A stretch of 64,000 nucleotides of DNA. Origin: a virus. Its lineage: Duplodnaviria; Caudoviricetes. Both the position numbers and the translations under genes were made by a program. Of this stretch, positions 9,327 to 18,351 are shown in pieces; the stretch's first letter is position 1, and every line of letters starts with the position of its first letter. The notes under the pieces are model-generated. The model saw nothing but the letters and a program-made list of their open reading frames with translations. It had not been told where the DNA came from and did no database searches. The stretch spans positions 1 through 64,000 of IMG/VR virus record IMGVR_UViG_3300005439_000018; one strand, 5' to 3'.

Positions 9327-9806
9327 GTGAGTACCATTCCTCAGCTCAGCAACTCCACGGCGAAGGCGGTCGAAGAGGCCGAGTCCCTGGACTTCACCCC
9401 CCTTCCCGAGGACGTGTACGTCCTGGTCCTGAAGGAGGAGGTGGAGGCCAAGGAGGGCCCGAACGGCGTCTACTGGAAGTGGGCGTTCGAGGTCGTCTCC
9501 ACCGGGTCCGGCGACGAGACCCACAAGGGCCGCAAGCTCTGGACCAACACCTCGCTCGGCGAGTCGGCGATGTGGAAGCTCAAGGAGGTGTTCTCCGGCT
9601 TCGGCGTCCCGGCCACCACCAACACCGACGACCTGATCGGGTGCAAGGTCAAGGCCCTGGTCGTCCAGCGCCCGATCGAGAAGGGCAGCCGGGCGGGCGA
9701 GATGGGCAACGACATCAAGCAGATCCTCCCGGCCGAAGGTGCCGACGCCGCCCCGGCGCGCGGGTCCCGCAACGGCAAGAAGGACGACGATCTCCCGCTG
9801 TTCTGA
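9327..9806 (+). CDS. DUF669-like single-stranded DNA-binding protein
   Basis: FTPLPEDVY...W.FEV...GRKLWTN...WKLKE..., acidic DDDLPLF tail. Confidence 0.8.
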   Translation: MSTIPQLSNSTAKAVEEAESLDFTPLPEDVYVLVLKEEVEAKEGPNGVYWKWAFEVVSTGSGDETHKGRKLWTNTSLGESAMWKLKEVFSGFGVPATTNTDDLIGCKVKALVVQRPIEKGSRAGEMGNDIKQILPAEGADAAPARGSRNGKKDDDLPLF

Positions 9807-9906
9807 CCGGCCTCCGGCCATAGCGAAACCCGGCCCCGCCGTCCCGATCCGGGACGGCGGGGCCTGCTGTCGGTGTACACTCGGATTCTCGGTCTCTTTG
9901 TGAAGG

Positions 9907-12402
9907 ATGAACGGATGCCGCATGCACGAGCACGTTGAGAAGCAGTGGCGGGAGCTGGCCGAGCAGGGGGTATTCGTCTTCCCCCTGGCGGCCGGGGGAA
10001 AGAACCCCGGCGATCTTGGCGTGAAGTGGCAGAAGACCTGGGTGGACAAGCAGCGCAACCCCTGGCCCCAGCTGGCCAGCGCGTACGACGAGGCCGAGGG
10101 CCTGTGGATGGCGACCGGCCGCGTGTCGATGCGGGTGGTGCTCGACATCGACAAGCCCGAGGCCGGGGACTACTGGCGCGACAAGATCGGCGCCGACCTG
10201 TTCGACCGCGCCCTCCGGGTCAGCACCGGCAAGGGGTACCACCTGCACTTCCGGATCCCGCCGGAGGACGACCGGCCGTGGGAGTCCCACTCGGACAACG
10301 ACCTCGGGTACGACTTCCGGGGCGACGGGGGAGGGGTGGTGATCCCTCCCAGCGTGCACGCCAGCGGCCGGGTGTACGAGTGGGCGGGCGGCGAGCTGCT
10401 CGACGTGCCGGAGGCCCTACGCCACCCCGCCCACACCAAGCCGTCCAACGTGAAGTCGCTGGACAGGGCGCGCGAGAAGAAGACCCCCGGGTCGACCCTG
10501 TCCGGGCTGCTGTCCGACCCGCCGGAGGAGGGCGGCCGGAACAACTGGCTCACCAAAGTCGCCGGTCACCTGGCCCGGCTGTGGCCCGCCCCGATGGCGG
10601 ACGCCTACACCGAGCTGGTCCGGTACATCGGGGCCACCCTCCCCGACCCGCTGGAGGATGCCGAGTCCCTCAAGACGGCCGAGTCCGTCTGGTCCCGCGA
10701 GAAGACCCACACCGAGGGCCTGGCCTGCCCGCCCGAGGCCGGATTCCTGTCGGCCCACAACGGCAAGATGTACACCCGGTGCAAGGGCGAGGACGGCAAC
10801 ATATACGCCAAGGAATGGGCCAACTTCGACCTGGCTGCCCGCCGCGTGGTCCAGGAGCACGACGAGCGCGTGTTCTACGTCGACATCGTGGCCGAGCACA
10901 CCACCTACGCCAACGAGCCCCTGCGGGCCGACGTGCTCGGCAACATCAACCGCCTGAACGTCTGGCTGGCGGCCCACCACATCGTGATCATCGGGCAGCC
11001 CACCGACCTGTGCAAGATGTCCTACGGGTCCCGCCTGATCCAGTATCTGCTGCACCAGAATCCGCCGATGGCCCAGATCGCAGAATTCTACGGCCACCAG
11101 GACGACGGGTCGTTCATCACTCCCGACGGGATCGTGGAGGGGGGTGGTGTAGCGCCCTTCCGCTCCGTGATCCCCGCCGCCTATCTGTCCGGGTGGGTCG
11201 GGTACCGCTACGGCACCTGCCCGCCCGAGGAGGCGCTGTCCGTGCTGCGCGAGGTGCTGACCTTCCAGGAGGAGACCACCGCATCGGTGTTCGGATCCTG
11301 GTGGGCGATGGCCCTGCTCAAGGGCAGATTCAGCAGCTCGCTGTTCCCGTTCATGCTGCTGGAAGCCGGGTCGGAGTCCGGCAAGACGACCGGATTCTTC
11401 GCCCAGATGGTCGCGCTGGCCGGGTCCAAGGACGGGGCGGGGCAGCACACCGCCGCCTCCTTCCGGGACGCGCTGGCCGCCCACCGCAACGGCATCGCCT
11501 GGCTGGACGACATGACCGAGGTGTCCACCGGCCAGGTGGTCGACATGATCCGCCAGGCCACCGGCGAGAGCACCCGGGGCAAGAAGGGCCTGGACAACAA
11601 GTTGACCGAGCGGGTCGCCCTGCGGTCCCCGATCCTGGTCTCGGGCGAGGGATCGGGCACGATGATGTCCGAGAAGGCCATGTCCGACCGTGCTGTGAAG
11701 CTGACGTTCTCCAGCCCGAAGGGCCGGATGAGCCTGCGCGACCCCGAACGCCCGCAGTGGGACGACGTGGTAGCGCTCCAGGAACGGTACGGAGGCACCA
11801 CGGGAGGGCTCACGGCGGTCTCCGGGACCCTGGTGGCCATGGTGCTGGCCCGGGCGTCCCTCCTGTCGTCCCTGGCGTCTCTCCGGCCGCCGGGTGCGGG
11901 CCGCCACGCGGACAAGATGGCCATCCTCCGCATGGGCGCTCGCGTCCTGGCGGACCTGACCGGCGACCAGTCCCACGTGGCCCGCGTCGACGCCTGGGTG
12001 GAGGCCCAGGTGGACACTGGGGCGGCCAACCTGATGGTCAACGAGATCGTGCCCTGGGTGCTGAGGCAGGGCGGGGGTGGTGTGCCCACCATGGCCAAGG
12101 GCTGGGTGCCCGCGTTCTACAGCCCGCAGTCGGGCACCGTCTGGGTCCACTCTGGCCAGCTGGCGGACCGCTGGCACGAGCGCAGCAACCTGTCCGCCCG
12201 GGAGCGCCAGCTGGGCACCCAGGCCGCGATCGACACCGAGCTGGCCGCCCTGGGTGCAGCCAGCGCCCGCAAGACCGTCGAGTTCCACGGCAAGAGCGAA
12301 GGGGGCAACGTCCAGAAGCGCTACCGCGAGATCCCCCGCGAGTGGACGGCCCACATCCTGGACCGGGCCGGTGTGGATCTCGGGACGGCCGCCGCCCTAT
12401 GA
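9907..12402 (+). CDS. Bifunctional primase-polymerase / helicase
   Basis: VFPLAAGGKNP, VLDIDK, STGKGYHLHF, DFRGDGGGVVIPPSVH prim-pol motifs; PriCT-like GGRNNWL; C-terminal ESGKTT Walker A. Confidence 0.9.
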   Translation: MNGCRMHEHVEKQWRELAEQGVFVFPLAAGGKNPGDLGVKWQKTWVDKQRNPWPQLASAYDEAEGLWMATGRVSMRVVLDIDKPEAGDYWRDKIGADLFDRALRVSTGKGYHLHFRIPPEDDRPWESHSDNDLGYDFRGDGGGVVIPPSVHASGRVYEWAGGELLDVPEALRHPAHTKPSNVKSLDRAREKKTPGSTLSGLLSDPPEEGGRNNWLTKVAGHLARLWPAPMADAYTELVRYIGATLPDPLEDAESLKTAESVWSREKTHTEGLACPPEAGFLSAHNGKMYTRCKGEDGNIYAKEWANFDLAARRVVQEHDERVFYVDIVAEHTTYANEPLRADVLGNINRLNVWLAAHHIVIIGQPTDLCKMSYGSRLIQYLLHQNPPMAQIAEFYGHQDDGSFITPDGIVEGGGVAPFRSVIPAAYLSGWVGYRYGTCPPEEALSVLREVLTFQEETTASVFGSWWAMALLKGRFSSSLFPFMLLEAGSESGKTTGFFAQMVALAGSKDGAGQHTAASFRDALAAHRNGIAWLDDMTEVSTGQVVDMIRQATGESTRGKKGLDNKLTERVALRSPILVSGEGSGTMMSEKAMSDRAVKLTFSSPKGRMSLRDPERPQWDDVVALQERYGGTTGGLTAVSGTLVAMVLARASLLSSLASLRPPGAGRHADKMAILRMGARVLADLTGDQSHVARVDAWVEAQVDTGAANLMVNEIVPWVLRQGGGGVPTMAKGWVPAFYSPQSGTVWVHSGQLADRWHERSNLSARERQLGTQAAIDTELAALGAASARKTVEFHGKSEGGNVQKRYREIPREWTAHILDRAGVDLGTAAAL

Positions 12403-12690
12403 CGGCGCCCGGGTGTCATAGCGTATGACCCCAGGCGTCATACTAACGCCCCGCCACTAGATTGTGACGGGGCGTTACTGTGCCCAGGCCCCACTCACTT
12501 CCTTACCCGTCACATGACGTCATATCTCTCCTAAAAAATGTCATATTATTATATGGGCCTCGGCCTGCGGTGGGCGTCTCTTATATGACGGCATGACGGT
12601 ATGACTGCGGTATAGCGCTTATGTGTGCGTGTGTATGCGTGTGTATACGCGCCCGACCCCCCTTTCTCCGGACGGCGTCATACCGGCCGG
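12398..12690. other. Putative replication origin
   Basis: Non-coding, AT-rich core 12521-12555, about 11 ATGAC/GTCAT iterons in both orientations directly after the primase-helicase. Confidence 0.65.
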
Positions 12691-12716
12691 GGTGCGGATT
12701 TCGGTCGGGGGTGCGC

Positions 12717-12746
12717 TTGACAGCCTAGCAACCGCTGGCATAGACT
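12717..12746 (+). promoter_or_regulatory. Promoter of the Y RNA/Ro60 operon
   Basis: TTGACA-N18-TAGACT; operator variant TTGAC-AGCCT-AGCAA. Confidence 0.8.
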
Positions 12747-12747
12747 G

Positions 12748-12828
12748 GGTACCAGATCGAGACGAACGGCAGCGGGTTACCTGGCACGGACTATCCCGCC
12801 GCCGAACCCCCTATCCCGATCGCGTACT
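12748..12828 (+). ncRNA. Y-RNA-like element 1 (short form)
   Basis: Paired ends, GACGAAC Ro-binding-type motif, stem CGGCAGCGGG/CCCGCCGCCG, TTAC, C-rich bulge. Confidence 0.6.
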
Positions 12829-12857
12829 GCCCGGCCCCACAGCCGGGAATGCACCAC

Positions 12858-12947
12858 CCGCTGGTCCCGAGCCGAAACGCAATGGGTTACCTTTTGTATC
12901 GGACGAAACCAGTTCCCGTAGCGGAGTCATTCGCCCGGGGCCAGCGG
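12858..12947 (+). ncRNA. Y-RNA-like element 2 (short form)
   Basis: 15-bp terminal stem, GCCGAAAC motif, stem CGCAATGGG/CCCGTAGCG, TTAC. Confidence 0.65.
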
Positions 12948-12966
12948 CAGCAACACCCCCGGGCGC

Positions 12967-13067
12967 CCTGTCGCCCGGGGTCCCGAGAGCGAGCAGCAAG
13001 GATGAGGCGCCAACCAACCGGGGCGCCGGAGTCCCGGCCCATCTCTCTCGGGGCCCCGGGCGACAGG
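12967..13067 (+). ncRNA. Structured RNA in the Y array (class 2)
   Basis: 23-bp terminal stem; internal GAGCAGCAAG and GGCGCC stem with a CCAACCA-containing loop. Confidence 0.45.
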
Positions 13068-13071
13068 AACC

Positions 13072-13203
13072 GGGCGGGCCGAAGGACATCGGTTATGGAC
13101 TCTTAATCCCCGGGTTGCGGGTTCGAATCCCGCCGCCGCCCCAGGGCGGCGTAGCTCAATTGGCAGAGCAGGTAAACGCCGGTGTCCACCCTCTCGCCCG
13201 CCC
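13072..13203 (+). ncRNA. yrlA: YrlA-type Y RNA (permuted tRNA mimic) 1
   Basis: GCCGAAGG motif; T-arm GCGGG-TTCGAAT-CCCGC, then closed acceptor CGCCGCC/GGCGGCG, then D-arm GCTC-AATTGGCA-GAGC; ends GGGCGGGC/GCCCGCCC pair. Confidence 0.85.
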
Positions 13204-13217
13204 GACTCCGACAGTCC

Positions 13218-13350
13218 GGGGCCGGTCGAAGGCAGTTCGGTTATCTTTTGGGAAGAAAGAACGCGGGTTCGAATCCCGCCGCCGGGTCCGTCCCGGTGTA
13301 GTGTAGCGGCCTAACACATTAACCCGGACAGCCGCCCCCTCACCGGCCCT
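13218..13350 (+). ncRNA. yrlA: YrlA-type Y RNA (permuted tRNA mimic) 2
   Basis: GGTCGAAG motif; T-arm GCGGG-TTCGAAT-CCCGC, acceptor CGCCGGG/CCCGGTG, D-arm GTGT-AGCGGCCTA-ACAC; paired ends. Confidence 0.85.
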
Positions 13351-13354
13351 CCAA

Positions 13355-13432
13355 GGTCCTGTAGCTCAGCGCGGTTAGAGCATCCGCCCGTCAAGCGGAA
13401 GGTCGCCGGTTCAACCCCGGTCAGGATCGCCA
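13355..13432 (+). tRNA. tRNA-Asp(GTC)
   Basis: Full cloverleaf, loop CCGTCAA (C33), discriminator G, encoded CCA. Confidence 0.88.
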
Positions 13433-13553
13433 GCCCCCCGGAAGAGCAGAAGCGCACCCCGCCCAACCACTTGCCCGGGGTTATCCTCGTTCAACCGGGG
13501 GGCTGCACCGCCCCAAGATCGCCCGTGCACCACACGAGCCGAAAGGCAGTACC

Positions 13554-15239
13554 ATGGACGCCCTGAGCGCGTACCACTCGTTCGCCCGCAACACCCCGCA
13601 GTCCCACCCGATCCCGGGCCGCGAGACCGAGATGGCCCGCAACGGCGCCGGTGGCTTCTCCTTCACCAAGGACGTGTGGACCCGGCTGGGGGACTTCCTG
13701 ATCCTGGGCACTGAGGGCGGCACCTACTACGCCGACGAGCGCAGCCACACCATCTCGAACGTCGCGGTGGTCCGCCAGGCCCTGGAGCTGGACGGATCCC
13801 GCGCCGTCGCCCTGGCCGTCGAGATCTCCACCGCCCGCCCGGCCCGCGCCCCCAAGCCGTACCCGGCCCTGTACCTGGTCGCCGCCGCCCTGGCCACCGG
13901 CGACCTGGACGCCCGCCGGGCCGCCGCCGACGCCGTCCCCCGGGTCGCCCGCACCACCGATCACCTGTCCCACCTGTTCGGCTACTACAAGACCCTGAAG
14001 GGTCGGCCGGGCAGGGGTGGTGTGGGTCTGGCCGCGCCGTCCAGCGTGGTCGTCCGCCGGGCCTGGGCCAACTGGTTCACCCAGGCGCCCCCGGACACGG
14101 TGGCCCACAAGATCCTGAAGGCCGGTCAGCGCAAGACCGGCGACGGCGAGGCGTTCACGCCCGGCGACCTGCTGCGCATCGCCCACCCGCGTCCGGCCAA
14201 CCCGGTCCAGGAGGCGGTGTTCCAGCTGGCCCTGGGCCGCAAGACGCCCATGGAGGTCTCGGGATTCCTGGCCTCGGCCAAGGCGTTCTACGAGGCCAAC
14301 CGCGTCACCACCACGGCCGAGGCGGTCCGCGCCATCAACGCCTACCACGTCCCGTGGGAGTTCCTGCCGGACGCGGTGCTGAAGTCCCCCGACGTGTGGG
14401 AGGCCCTGGTGCCCCACCTGGGCATGACCGCCCTGATCCGCAACCTGTCCCGCATGACCACCATCGGTACCCTCGGCCCCTTCCGCCAGTCCAACGGCCG
14501 GGTGGCCAAGCGCCTGCGCAACCCGTCCGAGCTGGCCCAGGGCCGGATCCACCCGTTCGACCTGCTGCTGGCCCACCGGGTCTACTCGTCCGGCCGGGCC
14601 CAGCCCCACCCGAACGCCCCGGTGCGCACCTGGAGCCCGGTGGGGGAGGTGGTGCGCGCGCTGTCCGACGCCTACTCGCTGGCGTTTGCCAGCGCCGAGC
14701 GCACCGACGCCCGGATGGTGATCGCCGTCGACGGGTCCGGGTCCATGATGAACTACCGGATCCAGCACGGCGGGTCGTCCCTCGGGTCGGCCTACCACGT
14801 CTGCTCGGCGGTCGCGGCGATGCTGGCGGGCACCTGCTCGGACCAGACCTGGCTGATGGAGTTCGACAGCCGCCCGCGCCCGTCCCAGGTCCACCCCGGG
14901 ATGTCGCTGTCGGAGGTCTTCTCCAAGCGGTGCGGCGGCGGCGCCACCGACCTGGCGGCCCCGGTCGGGTGGGCGCTGGCCAACGGGGTGGTCACCGACC
15001 TGTTCGTGCTGCTGACCGACGGGGAGACCTGGGCCGGTCAGCGCCACGCCTCCCAGGTGCTGGCCGAGTACCGGGCCCGGTACAACCCGAACGCCCGGCT
15101 GGTGATCGCCTCGACCACTGCCGCCGGTTACTCGGTCGGCGACCCGCGCGACCCCGGCGTCCTGAACATCGCCGGGTTCGACTCGGCGGTCCCCACCCTG
15201 GTCAACGGGTTCGCCCGCGCCTCCCGGGCCGCCCTGTGA
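13554..15239 (+). CDS. rsr: Ro60/TROVE-domain RNA-binding protein
   Basis: RNGAGGFSF...RLGDFLILGTEGGTYYA, PRVARTTDHL, VPWE, GMTALIRNLSRM, vWA DGSGSM and GGGATD, LLTDGETW, NIAGFDS. Confidence 0.95.
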   Translation: MDALSAYHSFARNTPQSHPIPGRETEMARNGAGGFSFTKDVWTRLGDFLILGTEGGTYYADERSHTISNVAVVRQALELDGSRAVALAVEISTARPARAPKPYPALYLVAAALATGDLDARRAAADAVPRVARTTDHLSHLFGYYKTLKGRPGRGGVGLAAPSSVVVRRAWANWFTQAPPDTVAHKILKAGQRKTGDGEAFTPGDLLRIAHPRPANPVQEAVFQLALGRKTPMEVSGFLASAKAFYEANRVTTTAEAVRAINAYHVPWEFLPDAVLKSPDVWEALVPHLGMTALIRNLSRMTTIGTLGPFRQSNGRVAKRLRNPSELAQGRIHPFDLLLAHRVYSSGRAQPHPNAPVRTWSPVGEVVRALSDAYSLAFASAERTDARMVIAVDGSGSMMNYRIQHGGSSLGSAYHVCSAVAAMLAGTCSDQTWLMEFDSRPRPSQVHPGMSLSEVFSKRCGGGATDLAAPVGWALANGVVTDLFVLLTDGETWAGQRHASQVLAEYRARYNPNARLVIASTTAAGYSVGDPRDPGVLNIAGFDSAVPTLVNGFARASRAAL

Positions 15240-15604
15240 CCCGCCGCACCAGGTACGAGTACGCCGACCCGGACGACTGGTCGACCCGCCGCACGGTCGA
15301 GATCGACCAGTGGGAGGGCAACTGGTCCGGCCAGGGCCCGGTCGACATGACCGGCCGCCCGATCCAGCCTGGCGACTGGGTGGCCAAGGTCTACCAGTCG
15401 GGACGCTCCGCCAACATGGAGGTCCGGCAGGTCCGCGAGGTGCGTCCCGCCCGTCCCCGCAAGGACTGGCGGGGGGAGGTGGTGCAGGACCCCACTCCCC
15501 GGGTGTACCTGTCCGACAGCAAGACCCCCGTCGACTACCCCGGCCGCATGCTGGTGGTCCCGTGGGACCCGGCCGGTGGCCGGGTCCCGGGCCTGAACCC
15601 CTGA
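15236..15604 (+). CDS. Hypothetical protein (SH3-like beta fold)
   Basis: GTGA overlap with Ro60; DMTGRPIQPGDWVA. Confidence 0.7.
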   Translation: MTRRTRYEYADPDDWSTRRTVEIDQWEGNWSGQGPVDMTGRPIQPGDWVAKVYQSGRSANMEVRQVREVRPARPRKDWRGEVVQDPTPRVYLSDSKTPVDYPGRMLVVPWDPAGGRVPGLNP

Positions 15605-15779
15605 ACCACACGGGCCGCCGACTTCGGACGGGCGGCGGCCCCGACCCGCTGCGGTGGCGCCTTGGCCGGGAGCCCGCAGCGGGGGCGCAGGGGTTCCAGC
15701 CCCTGCGCCCGCCGACCCCGCCCCGACTGATCCGGGGCGGGGTCGGCCCCTGTCCGACGCCGAGTTCCCCCTCGCCCGC

Positions 15780-15809
15780 TTGACAGCCGGGCAAGCTCCC
15801 GGCTAGACT
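15780..15809 (+). promoter_or_regulatory. Promoter (leaderless dinG transcript) with operator
   Basis: TTGACA-N18-TAGACT, ATG 6 nt downstream; TTGAC-AGCCG-GGCAA. Confidence 0.8.
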
Positions 15810-15815
15810 CGTCCC

Positions 15816-17771
15816 ATGACGATAAAGACCTGGGACGAGGCGGAGGCCAAGTTCGCAGCCGCCTGGCCCACCTTCCAGCCCCGCCCCCAGCAGCGCCTGA
15901 TGGCCCAGTCGGTGGCCCGCTGCTGGTCCGGCAACGCCAACCACCCCCGGCTGCTGGCCCAGGCCGGGTGCGGTGTCGGCAAGTCGGTCGGCTACCTGGT
16001 CCCCACCATCGCCTCCGGCCGCCGGGCCGTGGTCGCGGTCTCGACCAAGGCCCTCCAGGACCAGGTGTACCTCAAGGACCTCCCCATGCTGAAGCAGGTC
16101 CTGTTCCCGGACCTGACCTTCGCGGTCCTAAAGGGCCGGTCCAACTACGTGTGCGCCCGGGCCTGCGACAAGAACTCGATACCCTACCAGGTCCAGCCCG
16201 GCTCGAACGGGGAGCGCGGCGACCTGGTGACGCCGGTGACCGACGACCAGTGGCGCAGCATGTCGGTGGACGCCGACGGCTGCATCGGCCGCAAGCAGTG
16301 CCCCTTTGCCGACCAGTGCTTCAGCGAGCGCGCCAAGCGCCTCGCGGCCGAGGCCCAGGTCGTGGTGGTCAACACCTCGCTGCTGACCCAGCACCTGAAG
16401 CTGGCCCTCACCACCTCCGGCAACGCCTCGATGCTGGGCGACGTCCAGGCCGTGGTGGTCGACGAGGCCCACGAGATGCCCGACATCGTGGCCTCCGGCC
16501 TGTCCACCCGCGTCACGATGCACCGCCTGACCGACACCCTGTCCAGGCTGGCCTACCACCTGACCGCCAAGGACGTCCCGGTGCGGGTCGCCCGCGCCAC
16601 CGAGCTGGCCGCCAGCTTCTTCAACGGGGCCGCCGCCTGGTTCCAGGCCCAGGACGAGGACCTGCGCACGGCCGACCTGGCCGACGACGACCGCAAGGCC
16701 CTGGGCCCCCTGATCGACGAGCTGGCCTACCTGTCGGCCCAGTCCGGCAAGGCGATGTGCAGCTGCGAGCCGGTGTTCGACAACGACACCGGTGAGGAGC
16801 GCCTGCTGTGCGAGTACGCGCGCCGCACCTCGTCGCTGCTGTCCGACGTCGCCGACTTCGCCGACGACACCCCCGGCCACAGCGTGGTGTGGATGGAGTA
16901 CAACGGGCGCCAGGTCGCCCTGTGCGCCGCCCCCGCCGAGGTCGGCGGCTTCCTGGACTCGGCCCTGTGGAACCCCGACTGGCAGCGCCAGCCCACCAAG
17001 GCCGTCCTGTGCTCGGCCACCCTGGCCGTCGGCGGCGACGCCTCCTACCTGGCCTCCCGGCTCGGGATCTCCGGCTACGACTGGGAGGACGTCGGCACCC
17101 CGTTCGACTACAAGACCCAGGCCCGCCTGTACCTGGCCCCGGCCTCCGCCCCCAACCCCGCCAAGCAGTACGCGGACTGGAAGCGCTGGGCGCAGGACGA
17201 GATGTACGGCCTGATAGACGCGGCGGGGGGTGGTGCGCTGCTGCTGTTCACCAGCTCCGCCGCCATGAGGGAGGCCCACCAGGCCCTGGCGCCGCGTCTG
17301 CGGCGGCGCCGACTGGGTGCCTACCTCCAGGGCGACGGCCTGGACAACCGCCAGCTTGCGGCCCGGTTCGCGGCCGACACCGACGGCGTCCTGTTCGCCA
17401 CCCGCTCGTTCATGACCGGCGTCGACTTCGCCGGTAGCACCTGCCGCCTGGTGGTGGTCGACAAGATGCCGTTCCCGGTCCCCACCGAGCCCGTGTTCAA
17501 GGCCCGGTGCGAGGCCGCCGACAGGCGCTGGGGCGAGAAGGCCTCCTTCCGCAAGGTCTCGGTGCCCGACATGTCGATGGTCCTCATGCAGGCCGCCGGG
17601 CGCCTGATCCGCACCGTCGAGGACCGGGGCGTGGTCGCCATACTGGACCCCCGCCTGCGCGCGGGCTGGGCCCTGTCCATCCGCCGCTCCCTGCCCCCGG
17701 CGCCCCTGGTGGGCGCCGTGGACGACGTCCGCGACTTCTTCGCGGCGCTCCCGGCGGGAGTGGCCGCGTGA
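15816..17771 (+). CDS. dinG: DinG/YoaA-family DNA helicase
   Basis: QAGCGVGKS, TKALQDQ, KGRSNY.C, VVDEAH, CSATL, LLFTS, GVDF, KMPFP.P, QAAGRLIR. Confidence 0.93.
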   Translation: MTIKTWDEAEAKFAAAWPTFQPRPQQRLMAQSVARCWSGNANHPRLLAQAGCGVGKSVGYLVPTIASGRRAVVAVSTKALQDQVYLKDLPMLKQVLFPDLTFAVLKGRSNYVCARACDKNSIPYQVQPGSNGERGDLVTPVTDDQWRSMSVDADGCIGRKQCPFADQCFSERAKRLAAEAQVVVVNTSLLTQHLKLALTTSGNASMLGDVQAVVVDEAHEMPDIVASGLSTRVTMHRLTDTLSRLAYHLTAKDVPVRVARATELAASFFNGAAAWFQAQDEDLRTADLADDDRKALGPLIDELAYLSAQSGKAMCSCEPVFDNDTGEERLLCEYARRTSSLLSDVADFADDTPGHSVVWMEYNGRQVALCAAPAEVGGFLDSALWNPDWQRQPTKAVLCSATLAVGGDASYLASRLGISGYDWEDVGTPFDYKTQARLYLAPASAPNPAKQYADWKRWAQDEMYGLIDAAGGGALLLFTSSAAMREAHQALAPRLRRRRLGAYLQGDGLDNRQLAARFAADTDGVLFATRSFMTGVDFAGSTCRLVVVDKMPFPVPTEPVFKARCEAADRRWGEKASFRKVSVPDMSMVLMQAAGRLIRTVEDRGVVAILDPRLRAGWALSIRRSLPPAPLVGAVDDVRDFFAALPAGVAA

Positions 17772-18067
17772 GCACCCTCATACCCCCGTCGTTCCCGGCG
17801 CGATTCCAGTGCGTCGGGGGCGCGGTGGTCACCACCACAGCCGCCCCCGGCCCCGTCGGCCGGGACTTCTCCCTGTCCTGCAACGGCTGCGGCCTGACCT
17901 ACTCCTGCTCGACCGCCGCCACCTGCCGCAACTGGCGCCGCACCCGGGGCCGCCGCCACCTGATGAGCCCCGCCGAGGTCGCCCACTTCGAGGGCCTGTC
18001 CTGGAACGTGGTCCACACCGTCGCCAACCAGCACGCGGCCCAGTGCCGACAGACCCCCATCACCTGA
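17768..18067 (+). CDS. Hypothetical zinc-binding protein
   Basis: CNGC...H...C; GTGA overlap. Confidence 0.65.
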   Translation: MSTLIPPSFPARFQCVGGAVVTTTAAPGPVGRDFSLSCNGCGLTYSCSTAATCRNWRRTRGRRHLMSPAEVAHFEGLSWNVVHTVANQHAAQCRQTPIT

Positions 18068-18078
18068 CCGGAGGAACG

Positions 18079-18351
18079 ATGACCGACCTTCTCGAACTGT
18101 CCCAGATGATCTTCCTGTCGGCCTCCGGCGAGCCCGCCGACCTGGACCACGGCGGTATCTCGGTCATCCGGGCCCAGACGGCCCAGCGGTATCCCGACCG
18201 CAACAACATGCTGTGGGACGTGGCCAAGCGCTGGCACCGCGACCCCGACGGATCGGCCGCCCGCATGCGCGACTGCCTGACCGTGGCCATCGGCTACCTG
18301 GACGACCAGCAGCTGGCCGACACCGTCTGGCGCCACCTGTTCAATGGCTGA
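18079..18351 (+). CDS. Hypothetical protein
   Basis: GGAGG RBS, high GC3. Confidence 0.65.
   Translation: MTDLLELSQMIFLSASGEPADLDHGGISVIRAQTAQRYPDRNNMLWDVAKRWHRDPDGSAARMRDCLTVAIGYLDDQQLADTVWRHLFNG

Noticed and set aside
12887-12915. Hammerhead ribozyme (CGAAAC present)
   Set aside because: No CTGANGA core upstream
13096-13170. Conventional tRNA-Lys gene
   Set aside because: Arms are in permuted order (T-arm before acceptor and D-arm) within a Y-type terminal stem
12623-13306. 227-aa ORF over the Y RNA array
   Set aside because: No phage-like codon bias; it starts upstream of the promoter and the region is explained by RNA structures
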